Of a DNA stretch of 64,000 nt, positions 13,206 to 26,179 are shown piece by piece; position 1 is the stretch's first letter, and each line of letters begins with the position of its first letter. The translations under genes were made by a program, and so were the position numbers. The notes under the pieces were generated by a model that saw only the letters and a list, made by a program, of their open reading frames with translations, was not told the origin of the DNA and did no database searches. Origin of the DNA: Azolla caroliniana. Lineage: Eukaryota; Plantae; Polypodiophyta. The stretch is from the NCBI GenBank assembly GCA_043228905.1, contig JBHGNT010000018.1, positions 1,054,001-1,118,000 on the forward strand, in the 5' to 3' direction.

Positions 13206-13416
13206 TGTGGTGTGAAAACGTCCAAATGGGGGGCGTGATGGGTCTGCTGTTGGGTCACGTGGAGTATCTGCTGCTGCTATGAAGGTTTTAGTAAGAGAAG
13301 AGACTAGAAAGAGGGAGTAGAAGAGCTTGAAACAAGAGATTAGTGCCCTGATTAGATCAGATGAGAGTGATTAGGGAGTGGTTTAAGGATCACTCGTGAA
13401 GAAGAATTTAAACAAA

Positions 13417-15861
13417 ATGGACGGTACTAATCCCAATCTTGTGATCAATGATATGGACAAGCATGCGGATGATGGTAACTTGACACATCTAATGAAATCC
13501 AGCGCCATAGCTAGCAGCAGATCAGGTGGAGGCCGTAGCAGTGGGCCTTTGCCTGTTTCATCGGTGAACCATCTCTCGATGCTCTGTTCTTCGGTCGAGA
13601 AATCGTCGTCTTTCTACAAAGACATCCTCGGCTTCATTCCGGTGAAGCGACCCGGAGCCTTGGGCTCCCGGGGTGCATGGTATGTATGTATGTATGTAAG
13701 GATTTGTGTCCTTATTTTTACAAGATTAATTATGATTCCTTATATTAGGTGTAATTATTCTATAATAATTTAGAGTTAATTTCCTTCTGGCTAGAATCAA
13801 ACTATCTCATGTATTGATTCTATGATTTAAATTGTTCCTGTTGGATGTCCACTGCGTAGCCATGTTTTCCATTCGATTCACTTGATTCACCCCTCTTCTG
13901 TCCAGTTTATCGATACCATTATTTCGTACTTAACACTAACTTAAATCGTTTGTGGTGTATGTTAGTCGAATATTTGAACATTATTGTATCAAATTAGACG
14001 TCAAAAGGGTATTGATCTCAGTTTGTGGAACGTTAATGATGATTAGTACCAATTTATCTAGAGAAATCAAATAACAATATTAGTAGTAATTGCTTAGGAA
14101 ATCGTGGGGTTTGGGTAATGTCTTGTGATTGTGAGTTTCAGTGATGAATGTGCTCTTTGTTTTCTGATCATAAATCGGAAGGTACTGGTTCCAATATGTT
14201 TTTTATTAGACTTAATGTTTCCCATCAAATATGAGTTAAATTAATTTTCCAATTCAAATGAAAAAAAAAAAACTCGAAACTGTGGTTAATTAATAAACCT
14301 ATCGGTCTTTATCGATTAAAGAGAAAATAAACTAAAAAAATGTGCTTAAATTTCTTTTTAATGTTGTTGAAGGTTTCTGGTAAAATGCCTGTGGAAAAAT
14401 GGCTGGCCAAATAAAATCAAAACTAACTAGAAAATGAGGTAAATTTGATCAAAACAATGATAAACCAGAGAATTTGCGGTGTGGAATCTGGATAGAAATG
14501 GGTAATGCACGAATTGTGGGTTTGATGAATCATGAATGATTTGATAGATATGTTTTTCAGGGAGTTAATCTAAAGGTGATTTGCTAAATCGAATACTGTG
14601 TATGTTTGGGGTTAATTTTTACTCTTTCCTATGTTAAATGTGTAGGAGTTCCATTAATGGATGTCTTCTCTTCTGGGTGGATGTATAGCAGGTTCATGAA
14701 TGGGGGTGTGTTTTCTTTTCGGGTTAATTTATAGGCTTCTCGGTGTGCTCTTTCTCGCCAGTTAATTGTACATACTACTCATGAATCTATCTGTTTCTGT
14801 TTTTTCTTTCCTGGTTCTGTTAATTTGATAGGCTTTTCAATTATGGGCTAGGCATCCACTTGATCCAAGCTTCCGAACCTCTGCCGAAGAAGAAGACGAA
14901 GGACATTACTCCTAAAGACAGTCACCTCTCCTTCCAAGTAAGAGCCTAATGCTCGAATTGCAAACGCCGAGTAATTTCTATGTTCGATTGTTATATTGAG
15001 CTTGAAATTTTGTTTTATTAATTGATCAATGTTGGTTACATTGCAATTGTGTCGAATATCAATGCATGTGATAGATCAATGTTTAAAGCACGAAATATGA
15101 GTACGTATATAGTTTTCACAAAAAGAGTAGCTTCACATGTGTATATCAAATGCCATATAATCAATCGTTGCTCATAATGTAAATGTGTATCAATGCTTGT
15201 AGCGTAAATGTGTCTATCAATGCTTGTAGCACAAGTGTATCGGTCAAAGCTTGTAATGTAAGTGTGTCAACACAAAGTATAAGTGCATGTAGTTTATTAA
15301 TGTTAGTAATGTAAATGTGTCGGACGCATACTAGATTTAAAGAGAGCTTCAATTTTGTTATGCATATGATTAGACTTTGAATGTAGTTTGATTAATGTGT
15401 GTCATGAAGTAAAGTGGTCTGTATCCTTAGTTCGTAGATAAATGTTTTAGGTTCTACGAGCATGCTGCGTGGAAATTTTTGTCTACATCAATTTGTGTAA
15501 AATAAAAAGCCTAAAACGTTTTACCAGACATTGATTTGTCGAATTTCGAGAGAATACAAGTTTTCGTGTCTTTCGTGTTGGTGCTTTTTTGAGTGACCTC
15601 ATTTTGTAGACAGAGTGTGAGGACTTGGGGGAGATAGAAAGACGTTTAAAAGAGCTCGAGGTTCAATATCTTCGTCTAAAGGTGGAGGAAGATAACATCG
15701 AACTTGAACAAATCTTTTTCCACGATCCAGATGGCTTCATGATCGAGGTTTGCACATGTGAGAATGTGCCATTGGTACCATTGAATTCTCACTCGAGAAT
15801 CAAAAGTTGGTCTTTGGATGGCAAGAATCAACGCCAAAATAGCGGCATGGAAAGGATTTAA
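13417..15861 (+). CDS. Single-domain glyoxalase/bleomycin-resistance (VOC) family protein, GLYI-like; exons 13417-13679, 14832-14937, about 15610-15861
   Basis: VNHLSMLCSSVEKSSSFYKDILGF, GAWLFNYGLGIHLIQ, HLSFQ, QIFFHDPDGFMIEVCTCENVP. GT-AG introns in phase; exon 3 acceptor is at 15609 or 15615. Confidence 0.92.
15170..15330. repeat. Degenerate ~27-30-bp intronic tandem repeat (ATCAATGCTTGTAGC..ATGTGT)
   Basis: Three to four diverged copies visible. Confidence 0.65.
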
Positions 15862-16825
15862 TTTCAAAAAGAAAGTGAGAAGATCGATGAAGGGTCATCA
15901 AGGTTTTCTTATGACATGTCTAAGAATATTCGTGGAAGTCTTTCGTCGAAAGTCGTGTACATACAACATATTATGCCATATGATTGGTTCACCAAGAACA
16001 TGTTCTCAACTTGAATAAAGAAAGTATGAGATAAATTTGGGGAACCATAGGAATTCCAATATAGGTTTACATTAAATGATAGTGCGAAAATTGTGTTTTT
16101 TTCAAATTTTCAACGTTTTCAATGAATTGTGGATAATTTAGCTTCTCGTATAGGTGATGGAATTTCTTTAATTTGGCTTGGTTTGGCTTGAAATACAAAA
16201 GTAACTTCACATCACATTGATGACAAACTATAAGAAATCCACATTGGTGACAAACTATAAGAAAACCCTAAACCCTAAAGTATTGACAATGCGTTAAGTT
16301 ACTTAGATATGGAGGTCGTAATTAGAAATGAACGTGGCAGTGTCCAATTGAAGAATCTCTTTGATGGTGCTAGGTCTCCTCTTTTGATTGTTATTCATTG
16401 CCCATCTTAAATTGTTTTTTCTTGTGTTTGATGTTTCCGTATGGCTGATAATCATGATATTTTGGTGGTGATCCATAGATTGAATGTGATTCTCTATGTT
16501 GACAAATTCCATATTCTCATTCTATGTGGATCGTCATTTGATTCCTTTTGCTATTTAAGAGTTATCTGAAAATGGCATTTGCAATCCACAATAAAGGTTT
16601 ATCCATATAAAGTAGAGCATTGAAAAAGTCTAAGAAATGCATTGTCAATACACTTCTGCATTGGATTTATTAAAAATTTAAGTAGATGTCATTGATTATA
16701 GTAGCCATAACTCCTAACTTCGTGATTCACAAGAACAATCTTTCCTTAAGTTAAATGAAAAATCATAATGTTTTGGCATAGAATGGCATTACGGGTCTTT
16801 GTCCATGTTCACACCCTACGTGTGA

Positions 16826-16972
16826 TGCATCCTGACCTACTTTTATGATTTCAACATGGTGGAAGTTCCTATGATTTTGGGCTAGGATTTAGGATTTTAT
16901 GCATCCTGGCCTACTTTTATGATTTCGACAAGGTGGAAGTTCTTATGATTTTGGGCTAGGATTTAGGATTTT
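16826..16972. repeat. Tandem doublet of ~73 bp
   Basis: ATGCATCCTG.CCTACTTTTATGATTTC..GGTGGAAGTTC..ATGATTTTGGGCTAGGATTTAGGATTTT occurs twice. Confidence 0.9.
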
Positions 16973-18183
16973 CTTCAGGTGTTTTTGTTGGGAACATTGA
17001 TGTAAGAAATGACGTCTTTATAAGGTTGTTGCACGTGTCTTCATAAAAAGTAATTCATTCTAAGAACAAAACAAGTCTTTGGACTTTTATTCATCATTGA
17101 CCATAATGTGTGCTCTTGGTCAAAACCTTGTTTCACGAATCTCAACTCAATCAAAACTGTAAATCATACAATTTTGCATATTTCTTGAAGGGCCATTCCA
17201 TGACACGTTAATTTTCCCTATGCAAACATTGGTACAGTAAAGGCAGTTAATATTATTCTCATCATATATGTATATGGAATGTATGCTACATCTGTGTTGC
17301 TCAAAAGAGGTTATTTCTGAAAGTGCAAATCACACAAACCATGAAGTTCATTTCTCGTTGCTTTGTGAATTCAACTCAAGATCATTCATCTATCATTATT
17401 GTTGCATAACTCAAGAATTTACTAGCTTGTGATCAGAAATTGACTTGCATATGATCCAAACCTATGACAAATCTCTTCCATAAATCCATATATAGCATAT
17501 ACAAATGTGCTACAGTTTTGCAACTAATCAAAGCACAAATAAATACGTTGTTTTTATAATGGCTGCTTCAAAAAACAGAATACCTCACCCATTCTATAAT
17601 GGTGGATTTCCTGCACATGGACACAAACATATGACAATGTCTCCCACAAAACCCATTTAACATACAAAATATGCTGCAAACTTGCAACTGATCGGAACCA
17701 CAATAGATGCTTGCTTCAAAAAACACAATAGCTCGCCCCTTTTATAATGGTTGCTTCAAAAAACACAATACCTCAAGTTACACGTCCAGTGCAATGAAAT
17801 ATTGTTCCCATTTTCTCAAAATATTTTCATTTTGCAATGTATTGTACCAACCACCCATTACAAAATATCATGAGTATGCACACTAATTGGTTACATTGCA
17901 TTTTGACAACTGATGAAAAAAGAGGATCTTCATTAGCTCAATAAATCACTATAACATTTTGCAGTAGTGGGGCGTACTACTTCAGCAACTTCTGTCACAA
18001 AAACAAAATCTGATGGGAACCAATGCATATATATATTTATTACTTATATATAGCACGTTTGTGATGATTTTTTGCATCACAACCTTTAGGTCTTCAATTT
18101 TACATTGCATAAGTAGACCTTGAAGAGCCAAGATTATCCCCCTTTGATGAATCCGATACATTCCTTGAGCTTTCACTATTTTG

Positions 18184-21100
18184 TTAGAAGAACTTCACCA
18201 TGCCTCGTCCCTCCACGCTAACTTTCGATGCTTGAAGCTTCTTCTTCTTGGGTGCTTTCAGTTGTTGGAGCTTCTTGTTCATCTATATATAAATAACCCA
18301 CAACAATACCGAAGTTTTACACATCAAATACACAAATTCTCATCGATTTTGATAAGCCAAAAGAAAGAAATAGTGATCTCTCAGCAAATAATCCATATTG
18401 ATTTGAACTGAACCTTCAGTCTACGTTCATCTACTCGTTGTTGCTTTGCACGAGCCCGTATCTCATCTGGATCAATTTTTGAGAGTGGACGAACAACAAA
18501 GTCCAATGGCAAAGCTTCAGGTCTTGATGCATGCTGCCTATAGCCTGGTTGACCTGGTTTTGGACCCCTGTTGTTAAAAGCCAAAGCAATGACAAAAAAC
18601 CCCACTTAGACTCATTTGATTTTAATGTAGGTAAGGAAATAATATTTCACTAAATTCAGATTCAATAAGATAAATAAATAAAGAAGTGTAAACATTTTAC
18701 AGGAGACAATGGAAACCAATGGTTCAACAATTCACAAAACCTATTTCCTTGCTTTTAATGAAGTAGCGAAAAACAAGTTCCCTTCAATGGTTTTTCCAAA
18801 TCGAGATAATTAAAAAAGCAAGATGGAATAGAAATAAATGAAGAAACAAATTTTGTTTGTTTGTTTTTCCAAATCAAGATAAATTAAAAAACAAGATGGA
18901 ATGGAAATAAACAAACGCATGGAGAAAAGTCTACATACTCTGAACTTTCCATTAGGTCCAGATCATCACCACCTCGTGAGTCAAACCTGTGGGCTGCTTT
19001 CATTGCAGGCCTGCAATTAAAAAAGAGGATCATATCAGACACCACTTCATGAAAATATGTGTAAAGTATAATATTCGTGATGTTACAAATTACTCACTTT
19101 TTTGTAGGTGGTCTTGGTGGAGGTGGCCTTTCATCATCAAAATTACGGAGCTCTTCATATCTCGTACTCTTTTGGAATATGGGACGACTCTGAATAATTA
19201 TTATGTCCAATTAGAAATGAACCACGTTATAAATATGGAAAAAGAATTCTGATGTTATAATGGATTCATCATCAATATTATGCAAATTTATAGCATGTAT
19301 TAAACATCAATATTTTTCAATTTTTTTAACATGTTTTAAGCATTGCCACACACCTCAATTTCATTTTTACTCAATTTCATGTGCTTAGTTATTCTAAACA
19401 CATTAAAGCTTCCAAACATGTGGACTTCTATTAGTATTCCAGAAATTTACGAGATCTCACCAATCAAGAAACTTGGAATATCATTGGGTATTTACAAACT
19501 TGACAAACCAATCAAAACCCTCTCCTCGTCAAATACAGAGATTAACTTCTCTATATTTCTTTTTCTGAACCCCAATTTTAGACTAAAACACCATATCTAG
19601 TTTTTTTCGTGCATAATGCGATTAAATCGTTTATGCGGCACATAGATCATAAAAGACACGCACAATAAACAATCAATGTTAAAAATAATTTGATACAAAC
19701 ACTCACCCACTTATCAACCAAGTCCCTTGCCAGTTTTCTGTTGGCTGAACCCTCCTCATCAGATTTTGAAAGGAACATTATAACCTGAAATTACAATCCC
19801 ATAACATCAGCATCATCTTCTTTAAGAAGTTTTACAATGATAAAATATATGTTTTTCACCTTTCCAAGTCCACTCTTTTTAAGTTGCTCCCTCCTCTCAA
19901 AGAGTTCCACATCAATTGGTAACTGCAATTTACAATAAACAGTTAATAAATTAGTGGCCATCTTTCATGAGAAATTTGTTACAATTCAACTCCAGGGCAC
20001 AAAAATCAGATCGTTTTATTTGATCACTGGGAGAGAGAGAGAGAGAGAGAGAGAGAAATGTACTATTTAAAATCTAATGTGACTCTATTAGAGATCATAT
20101 CTCCCTCTCTCTCTCACTCAGTTGCCACTGTGTCCATAGAATTAGCATATGATCTAGACTCGAACTGCCTCATCAAAAAAAGTACATTATTTGTACATTT
20201 TCTTCTAGATTTTTTGTATATGCCAACTCCAACCATCCACCTTCCAATATTGTAGAGGAAGAATGATAAAGACAATAAAAGTGAAATGTACTTCAAGGTT
20301 GGGAACTGTAATTTTCTCCTTCCTTTTCAAAGCCTCAAGTTCTCTCATTTTAACTTGAAGAGGACTGTTTTTGGACCACATTAAGTAACAGTTGGAAGTA
20401 CTAATACTCTAGAAACAACAATTACCTCTGTGAGAAGCTTCAATAATGCTGAACGAATTGTCATATTTGGTAATGAGCCATCAGGTAGAGGTTCCAACCA
20501 GATTTTTAAGACAGAAAGGACTCCTCTATCGAGAAATTCCTGCTGCAATTGTCTCCTGCAAGGTGGAAATTAACAAATCCTAAATTAAATGCTATACTAA
20601 GAACACACTTCAACCAAAATAATGATCACAGCTTTGTTCACCATATTAAACCATGAACTCTTTACCTCTAGATCAAGAGAACAGATATACTTACTTTGAC
20701 AGTATATTAATAAGTGAGGGAAGCGATTCCAACTTATTGATCGCTGGTTTTGATTGCCTATTCAACTCTGCATCTTCTTCAGCAGCCACTTCAAGCCGAG
20801 CAATGAATTGCTCCACAAGCATTGCAATTTCTTCATGTGACTTTTCATGCTTCTTCTTCCTCGACCTAGAAGACTTGAACATATTCTTCAGGTCATCCTC
20901 CTCGGCTTCTTCAGCCTGCAAAAATAATTGGCCATATCAGCCATTCCTCCTCCCTAATATATTGGCCATAACACGAACAGGAAGAACCTAAAGAAGTACC
21001 TGAGGAGCATCCCCAATGGAGCCTGCCTCATCATCACTATACCCAATTTGGTTTTCTGGATCCACTCCCGTGTCATCGATGAATGCATCATCATCTTTTG

Positions 21101-23110
21101 TCCGGGCACCTTCATTATCATCCTGTATGAGAATATAGCAAAAGAACTCAAATTTCAGAAGCGTCATATCTGAGAAGCAGAAGAACAGAAAAATCATTGA
21201 AAGCATTAAAACCCATTATTAACCCTTACAGACTGCAATCCCATCACAAACCAAATTCAGGACGCTAATGACCAAATTAAAATACTACAATGGTTAGTCC
21301 CATCCTACAAACAAAGTAAGAACCTTTTACCAGATTGACAACCTAAGATCCCAATACAAACCAACTGAGTAGTAGAAGCCCAAAATTAACTGAAATAAGC
21401 AGACCAAGACCCCATCATTAATCAAAGTAGGAACATGACAATCCCATCAGTCCCCAAAAGTTAACAGGACATGGACCCAACCCCATCACTTACCACATGG
21501 AGAACACAAGGATCCCATACTAGGAATGTGAGAACCCCATCACGCACCACACTAGGAACATGAAAATCTCATCATTCAACAAATTAGGAACACAAAGAAC
21601 ACTATAATTAGCTAGAAAACTCATTACTAATCAAATTAAACTAAACTCTCATCATTAATAAAAATCACACCAAGTCCAACCAGAATTACCTCAGACTCAT
21701 TACCAGCGACAGAATCCCACATTTCTTTCACTTCTCGGTCTCCACGGCGGCTGAGCTTTGGAGGAGGAGATACAGGCCTTTCCCTCTTCTTACTGTTTTT
21801 GGAGAACTTAGAAATCTTATTGCTTGTCATTTCCAGCTTCCCTTTAGCCTTCAAAGACTCCCTCAAAAGCTTCTCTTTCCTTATCTTCTTGTTTAAATCT
21901 TCTTCTTCTTCTTCATCAATGAAAGTTCCGCCGGCATCTTTTTCTTCTCCTTCTTCTTCATCATTATTATTAGCACCAGAGACAGAGGATGATGGATTCT
22001 CTCTCGAAGTTTTCTTGATCAATCTCTTTCTTGGCTTAGGTTTCGACGCATCCAAAGGTTCTTTGGTGAAATCTTCGTCTTCATCTTCATGTTGTGAACT
22101 ATTGTTGTCTTCCCCAGGATCCGGTGACAGTTCTCTGTCAGAGGGCATGTCAGGATCAAAAATGGGCTCTCCTTCTTCATCAAAATCACCCCTGCCAAGG
22201 AAATTCTTTTCGGGTTAACAGATATAAGGAAAAACAGAAACAAAAAAAAACTAGTTCTAGGGCAGAAAGGACGACCCAAATTCCATGGCTCACAGAAATT
22301 ACAAATGAGAGAACAAATAAATGGGTCGGTAAGGAAACCCGATTCTGAGACAGAAAGAAAGAAACCCAGTTTCCAAAGGAGAAAGAACAACTCTCGTGAC
22401 TTGTATGAGAGGAAATCCAAAATCTAGGACATAAAAGAAAACCCTATTTCTTCATTCAAGTTACACATAGTGAAGTATGTTTTTAGGGAGTAACCCTAAT
22501 CTACGGCGGAGAGAAGAAAAGTAAGATAGAAGGAAAACCCTAATTCAAAGGCAGAAAAAAAAAATCTAGCAGAATATATCGGTATAAGTCGTGCAGATAG
22601 GGTTGTTTGAAGATAAAAGACGAGAAAATTTTAATTTGAAGACACAAATAGTTTACCAGTCCATGGCTAAAAAAAAATGGGAAACACTGTCGAAAATAGA
22701 AAGAAAGAATACAGAGGAGATACAAAGAGAAAGAGAAAAGATAGAAACTTCTTGACAAACGTCTATGGCACAGAAACAGAAACAACACAAAAAAACTAAA
22801 CTAAAGTGAAACACAGAGAAAGAGATTCATGGCTACGAAAATGTAACTGAAGACATATAGTCGCAATTATAACCCTAATACCAAACATGGAGATAGGGAC
22901 AGAGACAGGAGGAGAAAACACTCATATTTGTGAGCGGTCGAAAAGCTTCCGGATCCATAGCTATGGGGTGAAATACAAGAAAAGAAATAAAGCAAAACCC
23001 TAAAATAAAATCTATAGAGAGAGGGAGATGGACTGATACGGCACAGAAGGAAAAGAAACAAAAGAAAGGAGACCCTAATTCGATGGGGAGCAGGAAGCTT
23101 ACCGATTCAT
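18184..23110 (-). CDS. IWS1: IWS1/SPN1 transcription elongation factor (TFIIS N-terminal domain); exons 23110-23103, 22191-21690, 21122-21000, 20915-20695, 20555-20426, 19922-19860, 19784-19707, 19189-19098, 19010-18939, 18567-18414, 18282-18184
   Basis: In-phase GT-AG chain giving KPRKRLIKK, FIDDTGVDP, LEVAAEEDAELNRQSKPAINKL, WLEPLPDGSLPN, REQLKKSGLGKVIMFL, LVDKWSRPIF, PLDFVVRPLSKIDP and KVSVEGRGMVKFF-stop. Confidence 0.96.
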
Positions 23111-23293
23111 GGCGATGGCGAGTGCGAATTGCAGGAGGAGAGATGTGAAGAAATCAATCAATTGGAGGCAGGGGCAGGGAGGGGAGCTTTTATAGTGAAA
23201 TTCAGGAAATACAGTAGTATTTCTATATAGATACTTTTCTCTGTTCTTCTTCGTATGGACATATATGTATACTCATATGGCTAAATGTCCGGC

Positions 23294-23562
23294 CATACCA
23301 TACCATACCATACCATACCATACCATACCATACCATACCATACCATACCATACCATACCATACCATACCATACCATACCATACCATACCATACCATACCA
23401 TACCATACCATACCATGCCATACCATGCCATACCATGCCATACCATGCCATACCATACCATACCATACCATACCATACCATACCATACCATACCATACCC
23501 TACCATACCATGCCATACCGTACCATACCATGCCATACCACACCGTACCATACCATACCATA
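23294..23562. repeat. (CATAC)n pentanucleotide microsatellite with CATGC variants
   Basis: About 270 bp, directly visible, ~100 bp upstream of the candidate IWS1 TATA box (TATAAAA on - near 23188-23194). Confidence 0.98.
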
Positions 23563-23757
23563 TCATCACATGCCCATTTCCTCGAGCCGGCTGCTTGTGT
23601 GCCCATTAGTAGCAACATCCATTGGCCACGCGCAAATGTTTCTGCCCCCCATCGCTCCATCCATTTGTATCGTGACCCCATCCGACACGTCCATTCCTAG
23701 CCTACCACATCCTGAGATGTTACAGCCTCGACAATCTCCCTGTTGTTCGGGATGCTC

Positions 23758-23996
23758 CATTCACAATCATTTCTGCCTCACGATGTTAATACAATCAACC
23801 AAGACGCCTACTTGTGCCTCTTATCCCTTTTTGTTGGCTCGTTTCCACTCCTTTAGCTTGTGTGGAGATCCTGTGGCACATTCACAATCATTTGTGCCTT
23901 GCGATGTTAATACAATCAACCCAAAACGCCTACTTGTGCCTCTTGTCCCTTTTGTTGGCTCGTTTCCACTCCTTTAGCTTGTGTGGAGATCCTGCA
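23758..23996. repeat. Tandem doublet of ~121 bp
   Basis: CATTCACAATCATTT..GATGTTAATACAATCAACC..GCCTACTTGTGCCTCTT..GTTTCCACTCCTTTAGCTTGTGTGGAGATCCTG occurs twice. Confidence 0.9.
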
Positions 23997-25675
23997 TGCT
24001 TTTTTGTAACAATATGATTTTGATACCTAGTTCCGAATTTTTCTATCGATAACGCATGAACCTTATGAGACCTAAAAAATGGACGATCCTTTGGATTACA
24101 TGGTTTGCATCCATACAACTCGAGCCATGATCGTTTTACGATGTAATAAATCACACTTCGTCTCTTGATGAGTAGCATTTCTCTTTGTGAGTTAGTTTGT
24201 GGATATAACACAAATCAAATGATGGGAATGACATATTTTGACTTGTACGTTGGATAGTTTATGTTTGAAAAAATAGTTGTGTTTAGGATGTAGCTTATTG
24301 GATATATTGAATTCTTATGGGGCCACAAATGCAACACAATCTTAGGAGAGGAGCACACGAGCCTTTAAAACAATAGTTTCTCATATGATCCATGACATTG
24401 GTCACTCTATTCTTTTACCCAAGGACAAGATCCAAGGAAAGTGTAAAAGACTAACACCTCTACAAATCCACCAACTCTTGTAACGATATTACCATGACTC
24501 ATTGAAAACCCAACGCTAATACCATAATTTTTCAATGATTGAATGCTCTTACATTGGATCTTCAACCACGGAAATGGATAAGAAATAGCCCCAACATGGA
24601 ACAAAATTGTAGGATATAAGAAATCATTAAAAGTTCCAAACGAGAAGGCATGGCATTTGGCATGTTGCAAGAGACAGGCAAGTGGTGGGGAAAACAAGAT
24701 TATTAGAAACCAGAAACCTCATTCACTTCATGGCCCAACTAAAACCTCGAACCACATTAGTCCATCCTCAAAGTAACTCGGTCCGCCCTAATTTTTGAAG
24801 TCAAATATTATTAGTGTCAAAAAACATGTATTTTTATTGCGCAATTGATGTGGATCATGATTAGCCAATTGGTGATAATTTTGGCCAAGGGATACGTCTT
24901 TGCTAATGCACAAACTTGTAAGTGTTTGTGGGTTAGTTTTGACATGAATCAATATTAGAAGGCAACATCGATTCGGTTCAACACTCTAAAAGGGTTAATT
25001 AGTTCATTAACAACTAAGATGTTGTGAAATGAGATGGGTTATTCTTAATTGAACACAACGTAGAAATGGCATTCCCGATTACGTGACACTGTGTGTATCA
25101 AGTGTTGCTCGAGTGGGCCACATTAGCAAAGGATAAAAAACTTTGAAACAACTTTGAAAGGTTGGTGAGGCCAAGGGTCAACCAATCTATTATGTCAAAA
25201 CTTACTTTCCTTGGGGCAAATTTGACTCTCTCTCTCTTCTCTCTCTCTTTGTCTCTCTCAGGACCTTTGGGCATACCATGTTGCATCCCTAATTATCCAG
25301 ATGCTTACGGTAGATGAAATGCCTCAAGTAGTTTCGGCTCTCGTAAAGTAAAGTGCGTTGGATAGGTTTTTGGGAAATATTTGTTTTTCAGATTTCCCTT
25401 CCCTTCCATGTAAGGATGTATACGACCGACTTGCTCAAAATACCAGACCACGCACATGACCGAGTTAGGTGAGAATGGAGCACAGAGAGGTGTCAAGCAG
25501 ATTGTCACATCTCTACGAAAGGGCTATTTGCCAAGGAAACAACAGACATGCGCGGTGGCATTATTCATGGGGATCCTGGATAATGTGGGGAAAATGCTCG
25601 CCCATCGGATGGGCGACACATGGCAGATTGGACGGACGGACGGAAGGTTACTGCTTCTTCGGTGAACGAAAACCG

Positions 25676-25972
25676 GCCGATCGGACGAGAGAGAGCCTCG
25701 GGGGAGGTTTCTGTCCGTCAGATGGAGGACGACACGTGGCGGATCGGACGGCGTTGACGGGGTGTGTGTCCACGCCCGAGATCGACGGCGGCCGATGGAC
25801 GCCACGTGGCGGCTCGGATCCGACGGCTCAGGCCGGGCGTTTCGGGCGTGCATCGGATGGGCGCCACGTGGCGGATCGGACGGTGCAGGCGGAGCGTTCA
25901 TATATTTTGGCATGCCACGGCATTCTTTCCACTCCTCTCGCAGGGGTTAGCCTTCTGCGCTTGCGTTCCTGC

Positions 25973-26009
<37 letters not shown>

Positions 26010-26026
26010 CAAAACCCTAACCCTAA
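25676..26026 (+). promoter_or_regulatory. GC-rich promoter of RBP45/47 with three CACGTGGC (G-box/ABRE) sites, each followed by GATC(G/C)GACGG, plus a telo-box
   Basis: CACGTGGCGG at 25733, 25803 and 25865; AAACCCTAACCCTAA at 26012-26026; (CT)n 5' UTR tract. Confidence 0.65.
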
Positions 26027-26179
26027 CACCGCCTTTGTCTGCCTCCACCCAGAAGAGATCTGTCTTTCCTTCACTTCTCGACAGACAAATCAAAGGAACA
26101 AGGAAGGAAAGTAAAAAAGAAAAGAAACAGACAAGAGAAGTGAAGAAAAAGGAGAGGAACAGAAGAAACGAAAGAAAGA

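Noticed and set aside
23223-23977. ORFs with YGMVW / PYHTI repeats
   Set aside because: Translations of the (CATAC)n microsatellite, not proteins.
26012-26026. Interstitial telomere
   Set aside because: Only two AACCCT units near a transcription start; better read as a telo-box.
25469-26114. 183-aa and overlapping ORFs upstream of RBP45
   Set aside because: They overlap the GC-rich promoter motifs and CT tract; no coding signature.
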